From the NCBI RefSeq assembly GCF_009914755.1, contig NC_060931.1: a stretch of 64,000 bases of DNA; one strand, written 5' to 3'. The translations under genes were made by a program, and so were the position numbers. This document shows positions 13,301-26,512 of the stretch, piece by piece (the first letter of the stretch is position 1; every line of letters begins with the position of its first letter). Origin of the DNA: the human T2T-CHM13v2.0 reference genome, Homo sapiens. Under the pieces are notes generated by a model, which had not been told where the DNA came from, did no database searches, and worked only from the letters and a program-made list of their open reading frames with translations.

Positions 13301-13907
13301 GAAGATTGAGATTGATTTAAAAAAATCTATAGGACAGGAAAGAAAATATGGAAAACCAAAAGAATTCTGTGAGTTTGCCACCAAGGTATGTTTTCTGAAT
13401 TATAGTTAACATGGGTGGGAAATGATCCCAGAAGAAAGGCATGAGGGCAGTTTGTGGGGGAACCCATGTGATGGGACAATCCCATTGGGCACGTGTGAGT
13501 GTGGGAATGGAGGAGGCTGGGGCATGAATGGGTATGGCAGAGGGCACCCTGAATTGCAGGAAAGACAATGAGCTCACTCCTTGGTGCCTGGTGTTGGGGG
13601 CACTGTTGGTGCATCCTACAGTACGTACCCAGCAGACAGAGGAGCGTCTCTGGGATGAGAAGGTGAACTTGGAGATGCAGTGAGGCCTCTGGGTCCAGAC
13701 AGCATAGGTCAAAAAAAGAGAACCTGATCAAAGATGACTGAAAATAGAAATAGAGCAAAAAATGATATATGTGCCTGATGATTCATTTGATGAAATTAAC
13801 TAGAGAACATAGTGTACATGCCTCCACAGACATTTTAAAATCAGCATTATTTATCTATAAATTATACAATATAAACATTACACATGTTAAATAAACAAAT
13901 CAGTGAG

Positions 13908-13965
13908 CTATATATATATATATATATAGAGTGAGAGAGAGAGAGAGAGAGAGACATATATATAT
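13908..13965. repeat. (TA)n(GA)n microsatellite
   Basis: Directly visible. Confidence 0.9.
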
Positions 13966-14650
13966 GGGTTATAAGGTTATATATGTATATCCTTATAACC
14001 ACTATCCCTATACAAATGTCTCTATCACCCAGAAAGTTCTCTCACACCCCTTGGCAATGACTGTTTCCATCTCTGACAACCAAATGATATGAATTCTATC
14101 ACTGGAGAATACATTTTTCTCAAAAAATCTATTAGTAACATTTTAAAACCTGTATCGACTAATCCTTTTTTAATACATACATTTAAGAGTGCAAGGTGGT
14201 CCTGGAAAGTTTTATGGTTTAAAAGTAAAGTTCTGTGAGCTACCTGATCCATGTTAGGGACAATCCTATCTGGAGATAGATAAGATGATGAAATAGCCTC
14301 CAAATTACTCTCCAGCTGGTGGAAGCTCATTCTCCAAAATTATTTATTCATTTTTATTGATTTCTTTACTCATTTACTCACTCATTCAAATTATTTATTT
14401 TATAATGATATTGTGACAACAATTCATCATTTTAATGAAATTATTTTGAGTTCCCATCTGACACATACTTAACTGGCCTTCAGGTTCACACACTGAATGC
14501 AATGGGACCAAACAAACCATGGTAATAGTGACTTTGTTAAGAGATGATGTCACATGTGGAAAAGGGTTCTATTTGCTTTTACCCCAAGTATCCAACCCAT
14601 AAAACCTGAGCTTTGAGCTAGAAAATCTCCCTTTTTGTTCTGGCCCTACC

Positions 14651-14900
14651 CTGGGCACCAGGCTCCTGCACCATGTCTCCTTCTGGGTTCTGGCCCAGAG
14701 AAGTTCTTGGCACAGTTGTAGCACCCACTCATGGGCTTGCTGGATCCCAGCTGTGAGTGACAGTAGCAGGCCCCCCTTTGCTCTGACTTTAATTTCTGTG
14801 TCCTTCTCAAATAAGCCCTATGGATGCTGAGTGGCCTGGACCCCTGCCATGTGCTTGGGCTGAAAGAAAAACAGCACCTGGGGAGGTGAGCGGGAGCAAA
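14651..14900 (+). pseudogene. degenerate TRBV relic, copy 3
   Basis: Paralogue of 4055-4300; upstream decamer-like GATGATGTCA at ~14543. Confidence 0.55.
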
Positions 14901-17337
14901 GTTGAAGGAAATCTAGAATTGACAGTGGAAGGAGGAGATGAGGAATATCAATTATGGCATTAAGTACCAGTGATAGTAGCAGGACTGTATCTTATTTCCT
15001 TAAACCTCTGATACTTGTACAGATAGCAGCTGACCACAACCTTGAAGACCTATTTGGACTCAATGGAAATAATGCATGAGTGGACTGTATCAGTTGCCTC
15101 TATTACCACCTCATACTCTCTTGGTTCCACCTTTGATTCCAGCCACAGCTATGATGAACAGTTCTATGCAGACACTGACCTGCTCCATAGTTACCGCACC
15201 TCACCTTCAATGTGGCCACGTGTTCCCAAAACACGCTGTTGCTGAGGCATGAGACACATTGGTGGTCTGCATGGCGCTTGTTCATGCACAATGAAGTGTG
15301 AGTGAGTTAATGTCCTATGGGGCAATTCTCAACCACTGGAGAATGAGAACTGGTGGATAAAAGCCTTGGCATTAGTCTCAGGCTCCTAGAAAGGCCTAGT
15401 TTGATAGCCAGCCACCTATCTATAGAGATGGCCTGATTAATATGTTTTCCTTTGTATTTTCTCTGCTTTTTGTTTCTCTGATTCAGTATGGATATTTTCA
15501 CCTGACCTATCTTCCAGTTTATCTAGTCTTTTCAGCTTTATCTATCCTTCTTTAAAATATATATATATATTTTTTTCCTAAATTTTATGTATTTCATATA
15601 TTTCAGTTCTGGAATTTCCACTTCAATCTTGACTACAGTATTCAGTTGTCTGCTAAAATTCTCCATTTTGTCATTTCCTTTTTGATTATATTAACATCAG
15701 TTATTTTAAAGGCAGTGTCTGATAACACATCTCTGTTGGTGTCTATTTCTTTTGTCCGCTTTCTTTTTTTTAATTTTTGGTCATGCAATGTTGTTTTCTC
15801 ACACAATCAACAATTCATTTGAATGCTAGGTATTGCATATAAAAATTACAGAGATAATGAGGCTCTGAATGATTTCATCTTCCTCAGAAAGGATTCATGT
15901 TTGCTTCTGCTGGAAATTGTAGCAGAGACAGGTCACCTTAATTGAGTTGATGACTGAGCTGGATCAGAGCTGGGATTCAGCCTTCCTGATGGCTTCTCAA
16001 CTTTGCTATTAGCCATTAAACTTCCAACTAGATTTCTGGAGTATTTTACCAGCTTATTAAAGTGTAAATTACATAACATAATATTTGCCTACTGGAAGTG
16101 TGTAATTTAATGAGTTTTGATAAATTTGTGGAGTTGTGCAACAATCACCATGATCTAGCTCTAAAATATTTCATCCTCCCTACCCAGAAAGTTCCTTCGT
16201 GCTCATTTTCAGTCAATCTCTGCTTCTACCCCCAGCACCAAGGCCTGGGGTCTTTGCCAGGCTCCTCTCCTACTCAGTAGTCACTGAACGTAAATGTTCT
16301 CCAGGCCAGAAAGGTGGTGGATGCTCCTCAAAGCCTTTGGCCCATCAGTCCTCCCTTTCTTCTTAGCTTCTCAGCCATCAAATGAAATTGACAAATGAAT
16401 TTAAGGGAAAAGTAGGTTTTTTTTTTTTTTTAGATTTATCCGTTTTCTATGATATCCCTATCTTTTACGCTCTTACTGCCCCAGTAGCTCCAAGTGCCTT
16501 CAAACATTTATGTTTTATATTTTGTTAAGCTTTTCTAGTTGTTTTTGGTGGAAGTGTTGTTCTGCCACTATCCAGTCTATTAACTCTGAAAGTCAGTTTT
16601 TATATTTATTAAAGATGAAGTGCAATTGAGTTGGTAGGTTTGTATGTTTGTATTATGGTGGAAACTTCCTGAAGAGAGTGAGGAGTGAAGCCCCTCTAGT
16701 CTCCCGTCACGTGTCCCTAATAAGACCTCTACCACCCTGCTGCCTTTGTTCCACTACTGGACTGAGCCTTGACACGTTTGACCCTTTGGCCACAAGGAGG
16801 AGCTGTGACTCTGCTGAGATTCAGAGAACTTGGAGGAAGGAGAGACAATTCTCTGGATGGCAGAGGGTTAATAGAAAGATTGAGTTTATTTACAACAAGG
16901 GAAAATGTGGTCTGCAAAGAATGCTAGTCAAGGCTCTAAGTGTGAGGGTTAAATACAGACTATTCATTTTGCTTTGATATGCAGGCGCTTTTGTGCTATG
17001 GAAGAGCCTGGACTGTCAGACTTCCACTGGAGCGTGCATGGGATTAGAAAGGACAAGGCATGAGCTGGGGAGAGTGGGAGCCCACAAGCAGACACAGATG
17101 GAGGACCCCTTCCCAAGAGGAATAAGAGAGGCTCTGGGTGCTGGGCCGTTGCTCCAGCTCAGCCCAATACAGCTGAGCCCTGCCATGAAGTGAGTCTGGC
17201 CGGCCAGGGGTCCCTTGGGGATCTTGCAGAGAATAATAACTCAGGGAAATCTTCTTATGAGACCAAAGGTGACCTACAGCCCTGTTCTCCTCACTCTAAA
17301 TTATCGGGGAATTAAGCTAGAAAGAAGTTTTTTCTTG

Positions 17338-17620
17338 TTCCTCTTCTGGATGGTCCTCTGAGTTTTTGGAGCAGGAGCTCCCCACAGTGATAGGAAACCC
17401 CTCTCCTAGGCCTGAGCAAATGTTTCTATCAAAACAGCATCACCAGACTCCCTTCCAGCTTCCATTTCCAAGTTCTTTCCCTATCTACGAAGAACCGTGG
17501 AAGCTAGACTTGTCCAGACGTCAAAGGATCTGATGATGCCAAAACACCTGGAGATAGGAAAGAAGGTGGCATTGACAGACTGCCAGGATGCACACCTGAA
17601 ACGCACTTTGTTTTCACTAC
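17338..17620 (+). pseudogene. degenerate TRBV relic (partial leader + FR1)
   Basis: TTC CTC TTC TGG ATG GTC CTC TGA GTT TTT GGA GCA G leader end; after AG at 17491-92 reads VEARLVQTSKDL…GKKVALTDC. Confidence 0.5.
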
Positions 17621-17744
17621 AGGCTCGTGTTTCACATTTTAAAAAAGCATTTGGAACTTCCCTGACTTCTTGGAAATCCAAAAATACAACAAAGTTACAT
17701 TTTAGTAGACTCTAGTCAGTCATCTGGCAGGAAAAAGCTTCAGG

Positions 17745-18455
17745 ATATAAATAAAAGTATAAATAGTAGTATATACATATATATACTAATTATTTATATA
17801 TAACCTTACATGTATATATACTACATACATGTATGATTATGTATACATATACTATACATAATATAGTGTATACGATACATGTACTATATACAATATATAC
17901 TATATTATATATATTCTGTATTACATATAGTATATGTATATGCATGTATTACCATATATGTATATATACATGTATGTATACGCATATATTACTATATATG
18001 TATATATACATGTATGTATATGCATACATTACCATATATGTATATATACATGTATGTATATATGTAGGCTGGATGACTAGAGCCTACATCAAATGTAACT
18101 TTGTTGTATTCTTGAATTTCCAAGAATCAAGGGAAATTTGAAACGTATATATCCAAGTATGTAGTGTGTGTGTATATATATATATACATACATGTATGGT
18201 AATGTATATACATGTATATTATATATACTACATGTAATATACATGTATATATTATATATACATGTATATATATACATGTATATATTATATATACATGTAT
18301 ATATATACATGTGTATATTATATATACTACGTGTAATATACATTTATATATACATGTATTTATATATACCACTACCACATACATGTGTATATATATACTA
18401 CCATACATGTGTATATATATACACTATTTTTATATATAATATATACTACGATACA
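17745..18455. repeat. AT-rich (TA/TACA/TATG)n low-complexity array in two blocks
   Basis: Directly visible. Confidence 0.95.
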
Positions 18456-18986
18456 TGTTCTAGCATATTGCCTGAAGTAAAAGTCCAGCCAAATAGTTTA
18501 AAAGGAAAACCATGAGCCTTCCTGTGAAGATTAATTTTGCATTTCATCTTGAAATGGAACAAAGAAATCTACTGAAGATAGTCAATTCACTTCTATATAC
18601 GGAAGTCTACATTTATCAGCTTTCTACAGTATGAGCGACTTTCAAATCTCCTAAAAGTTACACAAATCAGAATATGCAGAACACACATTTCTAAGCTCAA
18701 TATTAAATATGTAAAGTGACTAACTTGAACGTAAGAGTTGGACGTTCAGGGTCCTCCTGTGATTTCTTCATTCCCACCATCACAAAACATCTACACCTTC
18801 TTCTCAGTAACAAAAATGAGATGACATAAAATCATTTTTCATAGTTAATAAATAATACCTATGCATCATGACATTGCATTGATTTTTTGTTAATGGTTGT
18901 TTTCAAATGACTATAAATTAAACATTTATAATCTATACAATAGAAATAATAAATGTAAATATTTTAAGTGGATACATGAGATTTTA

Positions 18987-19110
<124 letters not shown>

Positions 19111-20246
19111 AAAATAGTTATACAGAAAAGTAACATGAAATAGTCTGCAACAGGATGTCCTATCTGGGTTTGATCTGAATTTCCATTTAGAAAACAGACA
19201 GGCACTGGTCCATCTGCGGGCATAGGTTCTCATGAATTGATGTGCATGTTGACTTTTGTATTTTGTCAAAGTTAAAGGAGATATTTTGATCAGAGTCAGA
19301 GCCACAAGTAACTAGCAGGAAACTGAGTGGGATGGAGGTTATGCCATGGTCCTTGCTTCCTTGCAGAGCTAAGAAACCAGTTGTGAGCACCAGCGAAAAG
19401 AGACAAAGTCAGATGAAACTGAAATCTTCATGGGACTCTGTGCCCAAGAAAACCAGCTTGACAGGATTGGGCACAAGAGCTATTCCTTCCATCCTACGCT
19501 GCCAGAGCACACAGCACAGTTTCCCCCATGAGCTCTTGGGGAGCTGGAGGAGGGAGATAGCTGTGCTGGGCGGAGTCGTATTCCCATGGGAAGTCCAAAA
19601 AGTAGAGGCAGGGATGGAGGTTTTCCTTCTAGAAAGAGTGGAAGATTTTGTTTACAAACGTACCCATACACATGCCTTTCTCCCGAAGACCCAAACTTTG
19701 GGGAATTGCCTAAATATAACAAGGAGGTTAAATATTGGACAGCCAAAAATAGGACCGAAGCCAATCTCTTCTGAAGTAGGTGTAGTCACTGTGCATTAGT
19801 CAGATATTCAAATGAGCAAAGATTCAAGAGGAAAAAAAAAAGCATTATTGGAAAAGGAAGCAAAAGATCAAGAGAAGAAAACCAGCCTGACTCTGAGAGG
19901 AGAGCCCAAAAGGGAGAGGAAGGGAGGAGGTCGTCAGATCCCGGGTAGGGAGCAGGGAGGGAGGGGGTACAGGCACAGGAATGACTGTCAGAGACACATC
20001 CTGGAGGCCACAAGTCCACTCTCTCAACTATTCCCAGAAATTCCAAAAACTCCTTTAAAGAAGCCAGTGCAGGGCATGAAAGGGAGGAGCCATGCTAGAG
20101 GAGATCCTGGGAATGGGGGAATGATTACAGGCTGTGACCTCAATGGCACAGCACCTCTCAGAGGCAGTGGAAACCACAGCCTAGTCTTCTCACCACTGCA
20201 GACCAGAATCCTGCCCTGGGCCTTGCCTGGTCTGCCTGACTCGGCC

Positions 20247-20706
20247 ATGGGCTGCAGGCTCCTCTGCTATGTGGCCCTCTGCCTCCTGCAAGCAGGTGAG
20301 TCCTGGGCCCAAGTGACAAGATCCTGTTGGAGTCCCCGAGCCTTTTCACCATGACAACAACAGGAGGCTACCTCCTGGGATTTGCCTGAATTCTGCTTCT
20401 TTCCTTTACAGATCCACTGGACACAGCCGTTTCCCAGACTCCAAAATACCTGGTCACACAGATGGGAAAAAAGGAGTCTCTTAAATGAGAACAAAATCTG
20501 GGCCATAATGCTATGTATTGGTATAAACAGGACTCTAAGAAATTTCTGAAGACAATGTTTATCTACAGTAACAAGGAGCCAATTTTAAATGAAACAGTTC
20601 CAAATCGCTTCTCACCTGACTCTCCAGACAAAGTTCATTTAAATCTTCACATCAATTCCCTGGAGCTTGGTGACTCTGCTGTGTATTTCTGTGCCAGCAG
20701 CCAAGA
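20247..20706 (+). pseudogene. TRBV3-2: TRBV pseudogene; leader 20247-20295, V exon 20412-20706; first Cys codon is TGA (20486-20488)
   Basis: MGCRLLCYVALCLLQA; [34 protein letters not shown]…YFCASSQ. Confidence 0.95.
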
Positions 20707-20745
20707 CACAGCCTTACAGAGCCACTGCATCCCTGTGCACAAACC
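20707..20745 (+). other. 23-RSS of TRBV3-2 (intact)
   Basis: CACAGCC-23 bp-GCACAAACC. Confidence 0.93.
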
Positions 20746-23600
20746 TCCCGGCTCAGCCAGGAAGCTGTGGGCCGTGTGTGCACCTGCACCCAAGGCTCCA
20801 GTCTCCATTCCCTGATGGCCTCTGATGGAGTTTCAGTCTGTAGTACAGCCTCTGCCAGTGCACCTGATGTGGCAATTCTCCATTTTATGTACACAGAACT
20901 CTCAGAATTCTGTTTATCAGCTAAAGCAGGGGTTCACAACAAAGTCAGCAAAGTATCAGAGCTCAACTAACAAAACAGGAGCCTGTCCCATGCACTGAAG
21001 GTCTTTACTGATGGGAGAAGCCATTTCTTGTCTTTGTCTGCTGCACATATGGGTCCATATTTTACTAATGTTATGATTATAAACACACTGTAGGCAAAAA
21101 TGGTTGATGAGCCTAAGCATAAAGAAGAGGGGAAGGAAAGTATTTCTAAGATCAAGAGACAATTTGGATTATCAGTGAGTATTTTGTTTGACAGAGAAAT
21201 ATTTTGAGAGGCGTGAAATTCCATGGCAATAGGTAAACTGGAAAGTGTTGAGGAGAAGTCAGTGGAGGCAGCCTTGTGCATTGTCGGCTCCTTCTCTTCA
21301 AGAAGGGTGACCAGCAAGAGTTTCTCCCAATTCTGATGAGTGTCATCTTGAACTCTCCTCAAGAGCAGGTGACAGCTGGATGACAGGGGATATTGGGAGA
21401 CATGGAAAGGAATTTTGACACAAATCCCTAGGCAGTGGTGAGCCACTGGTCCTACTCCAAGTGAAACAACATGATGAAACTGATATTTTGGTACAGGAAC
21501 ACTGGTAGTAGTATGGATCAGAAAAGAGATAGATTTTTGGGTGGCATGAATGATTAGGAGACTTCTAAATACCCTCCATGAAAGACTAGAAATCGTTTAT
21601 GTAAAGCATTGTGGACGACATAGGCTTGAGGCTCTGGATTATGTTATCTCTTGGAAAGAGTGTTGGGTTTTATTCTGGGACGGTTGAATGTAGGACTTGC
21701 TAAGTTCTATTTCAGCTTTGCCCTTCCTCTTAGGGAGCCCCAGCGTGTGGTCATCATTGCTAGTGCATGGCCTTCCCAGGGTCTTAGTGGGAATCACAGT
21801 GTATTCGCCACATCACTCCACTGCAACTGGGTCTGAATGCCCTGGCTCTTCTGAAATCTCTGCCCATGTCTTCAGCCTTCCAGAACTTGTTCTCTGCTCA
21901 GGCTTCTGGTCTCCCACCCTTCTGCATACACAATTTAGGATCTGACTCAGGAAAAAAAAGGGGGTTTTCTTACATATAATTTTTGGGTTCCTTTTTAGTA
22001 CTCTGTGTCCTAAATCCCACGTGTCTTGGAGTCAGTTATGTCCTATCTTCAGTCACATATACTACTGCTATTTGGTACAGACATGTTTACTTGACTTTAC
22101 TTCACGTTTGCCATTCCACTCTTCACTCTTCTTTCTTGCAATTCAGACAGTCCTGAGGTCATTTTCCTTCTTCAGATCCATCCCATATTCAGATGACTTA
22201 AAATCACCTGTCACCCATGCTGTGCTTTGAGAAATGTTTATGTTAGCTACTGACATCAGGGCAGTCAAGCCTCTCATTGTCATTGTTATTCAAGGTAGGT
22301 TGAATTCCATTAAAAAATAAAAATCCTTGAAATTTGGTTTACTTATTGGGAACCACACAATGATATCAAATTCTTTTTAATTCAATTTTTTTTCTTTTGT
22401 GGTGGAAGGGCCAAGAATTGTTTCCTTGCTGAAGCAGACTCCTATCATAATAATTTGAATACTAACAACGTTATTTTAATACTAACAACGTTAACCTTTA
22501 AATCAGATTGATGTTAGGTTCTTATCTAAGAATGAAATATATCCAACCGTAGCAGGTTGAAGGTCTCTCATATATGTAACCTGTTCAGGACGAGACAATT
22601 CAACCACTTTCCTTAAACTCTGATCTAAATGCCTTTACATTCTTTGTTTTAAGGGCCACATAAAAATACTCTGAAACAATTTACACATCAGAAAAATGCT
22701 AATACTTTCCTCCTGGCCCAGCACATCTCCAAGTTAAAAAAATCTCTAAATTCTCAACCCATAGTTTAATCATGGTAACTCCCTTCTACCCCCAACATAG
22801 ATTTTTATGTAACTGATTTGTAACTACAACCCTAACCCTACAATCACAATTGTCATTACAAAATACTAACAAACATGTGCTATTACCAATAGATGGTTAA
22901 AATCACTTAGGGATTATGAATCATGTCATTCTTGTATTTATTTGTACTTATTCTTTGTGTTTATGTATTATGTCAGCTTCAAGCTGATTTCCCTTTCCCT
23001 TGCTCCCCACACCTTTTGTTGTTCCTTTTCAGCATCCTGTGTATGTTAGCTCTAAGCCCAGCCAAGCCCCATGCCCTCCACTTCAGGGACAGAGGGTGGC
23101 TCATCCCTTTCGTGCTCCCTCAGCTCCCTCCCCAGTGCCTGGTGGCTGGTTGGCATCACAGCCATGCCCTTGAATAATGGGCGCTGGTCCACACTGCTTC
23201 TGTGGTCATGCAGTCATCCTCCCTCCACAGAGCTGGGCCAAAAAGGGCTCCACTGCCCTTAGGCATTGAGGGAATGGACATTCTGAGTGGCACTGTCTTG
23301 TGTGATCCCACAGGACAGAAGGAGATTCCATCAATGGGAGTAGTCTGTTGCTGAGAGGGATCCTGAAAGATAGGGGGACAGAGACACACTGGGAGGATCC
23401 ACATAAAGAGGAAGCAGCTGAGAACAAAGGAGCCCCTGCCAGAGGAATATCCTTGGGGAGTAAAAAGCTGACTCTGCCCTTTCTCCCCAGCCCATTCATC
23501 CCAGCCCAGACAATTCAAATCTACCTTCTATCAGGACCTAGAAAGGATGTAAAACGGCTGGGTATAAATATCCCCTGGGTCTGGGGAAACTGTCAGGAGC

Positions 23601-23610
23601 AGTGACATCA
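23601..23610 (+). promoter_or_regulatory. TRBV promoter decamer
   Basis: AGTGACATCA. Confidence 0.85.
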
Positions 23611-23705
23611 CAGGAAAAACCACCAACCAAGGCCAAGGAGACCAGAGCCCAGCACCTCACCCAGAGGACCCCAGTCAGAGGCCCCATCTCAGACCCGAGG
23701 CTAGC

Positions 23706-24159
23706 ATGGGCTGCAGGCTGCTCTGCTGTGCGGTTCTCTGTCTCCTGGGAGCGGGTGAGTTGGGTTCACATCAGCTGTCCTTGAATTCCAAGCTTTTTCC
23801 TTGTGATTTCAGCAACAAGCCTCCTCCTGGGCTCTGCCTGAATTTTGTCCCTTTCCCCCCACAGTCCCCATGGAAACGGGAGTTACGCAGACACCAAGAC
23901 ACCTGGTCATGGGAATGACAAATAAGAAGTCTTTGAAATGTGAACAACATCTGGGTCATAACGCTATGTATTGGTACAAGCAAAGTGCTAAGAAGCCACT
24001 GGAGCTCATGTTTGTCTACAGTCTTGAAGAACGGGTTGAAAACAACAGTGTGCCAAGTCGCTTCTCACCTGAATGCCCCAACAGCTCTCACTTATTCCTT
24101 CACCTACACACCCTGCAGCCAGAAGACTCGGCCCTGTATCTCTGCGCCAGCAGCCAAGA
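23706..24159 (+). CDS. TRBV4-3: TCR beta V segment; leader 23706-23754, V exon 23865-24159; functional
   Basis: CDR1 LGHNA, CDR2 YSLEER, YLCASSQ. Confidence 0.96.
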
Positions 24160-24198
24160 CACAGCCTTGCAGAGTCACCGCTTTCCTGTGCAGAAACC
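24160..24198 (+). other. 23-RSS of TRBV4-3
   Basis: CACAGCC-23 bp-GCAGAAACC. Confidence 0.95.
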
Positions 24199-24952
24199 TT
24201 AGGGGCCCTCCAGGAAGCTGTGGGGGCCACCAAAGCCTTCGGTGAACATTTCCTGCAAGAGCCCCGACAGAAGATTCAGAACATCATAGCACCTGCTCAT
24301 TCATCCATGTGGCAACGTTACATCCTATGCTCATATTTAGAGTGTGGGTTTTCTTTAGCGTGTGACTCTGCCCTGTTAACTGATTTGAAAAATGATAAAC
24401 ACATTCAGATCTAGTCTTTTTAAAATCCCTTTTTAAATTGTAAAATAAAGCAAGCATGCTATAAGGGGATTGTTTGGTTTAAGATGTTATAAGACCCTCT
24501 CAACAACCACCTGCGTCACTACAGAGTCATACCCTGCACTGGACCACAGAGTGTCCTGTGAGGAGCCAAGTTCTTCTGACACTTTATGCCTGGTGGTCTC
24601 CGTGCCTCTCTTTCTCAGTAACCAGGGGTCCATTCTGTCATAGGTTGCTGACACCCAAGGTCAAGCAGCACTGGGTTTGGGGGAATCATAGAGGCAACTT
24701 CCAGGCAAGGGTCCCAGGGCGGGAGCCAGCTGGAGAGAACAGTAGACAACTGAGCTTTTGGGGAATGGGTTTGAGAAATATCTGTCAACCCAATTCTATT
24801 ATTCTATCTTCCATCTTGTCTCTTCTCTATTGTTCTTATTTAAACTCCAAGCTAGAGCGTAAATTCCAGCCCTGATCAAAGCTCCATATCCCTCACAGAC
24901 ACCTTCTCTGAACCCCGCAGGCAGCAAATGTGCCTCTGTCCACTCCCATTTG

Positions 24953-25417
24953 TGTGGGCGGTAAGCCACCCAAGTCCTGAGGCAAGAGACCGAGGGCACG
25001 AGCTGTTCCAGTATAATAAAGAAAATATATAAAATAAGAATAGTTATACTAGTAATAGATTATAGATATGATGGTATACAAATATTATGAATAATCAGTT
25101 TGTAGCATTACTCTTCATTCCAATATTATAATAATCCTTGCTCTACAATTATAACCTAGGAAAAACCAGGCCATACAGAGATAGGAGCTGAAGGGGCACG
25201 GTGAGAAGTGATCAGAAGACAAGAGTGTGAGCCCTCTGTCATGCCCAGACAGGGCCCCTAGAGGGCTCCTTGGCCTTGTGGTAACCCCAGAGCCTGGGAG
25301 GAAGCCCCTTGCCTAGAGGACCTTGGTCTAGCCTTAGCGTCAGTGCCTAGAAAAAGCACCCATTACTTAGCCGACCAGGAAAGGGAGTCTCCCTTTCCCC
25401 GGGGGAGTTAGAGAAGA
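24953..25417 (+). mobile_element. LTR13-like (ERVK class) LTR, 5' half only
   Basis: Begins TGTGGGCGGTAAGCCACCC…GGCAAGAGACCGAGGGCACGAGCTGTTCCAGTATAATAAA; stops abruptly after …GGGGGAGTTAGAGAAGA. Confidence 0.8.
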
Positions 25418-25427
25418 TATTGCGTGT

Positions 25428-25877
<450 letters not shown>

Positions 25878-26493
25878 TCACCCACATGGACCCAGGTTCT
25901 CTGGGTGGCATTACTGAGAGGTGCTGGGTCACTGGTAGAGCTCATAGGCAGTTCTGGGGAGTGACAGGAAATGTCACAGCCAATTGAATCTGCCTAAGTT
26001 ACAGCTGATAGGGTTGTTTATTTCAAGATTTTGTAAGTTCAGAAATAGATTTATAAAAAATCCAAGAATTTTCTTTCTAAAATGCACTACCTAAAACTTG
26101 CTGATAATTCATTTAAATACAAAATATGAGAACATGGGTCTGATTAATCAAAAGGAACGATTGAATACAGTTTCCAGGATAGGGCTGTTTGATATCTTCA
26201 CACTGTTTAAATCTGTGGCCTGTATTTTTCAGGCTCCTCTCGTCCATCCTAGCATACTAATTGCAATGCTGTAACATTGTTTATTTTGCAATCAAAATGT
26301 TGGTTAATGCTTGCTTTTGCTAGCTAAAGGTGAACTTTCAGATCAACCCTATATTGGCCCTTCTGGGCAAGTATACAGAGGGTGTGTGTGAGAGGGTGGG
26401 GATTGCAGGAGTGAGGGCAGGGCATCTCTCTTCCTTCTCTGGACAATCTTGAGTTCATCAGGCCAGGTGTGAATCCGTGAGACTGTGGATCTT

Positions 26494-26512
26494 TGGCCAC
26501 TTGGAGGCGCTG
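26494..26512 (+). promoter_or_regulatory. candidate CTCF site
   Basis: TGGCCACTTGGAGGCGCTG resembles consensus TGGCCACCAGGGGGCGCT. Confidence 0.55.

Noticed and set aside
17833-18515. Tyr/Ile/Met/Cys-rich ORFs
   Set aside because: Translations of AT-rich microsatellite
22458-22494. 20-bp tandem duplication relative to the TRBV4-2 paralogue
   Set aside because: Ordinary slippage event
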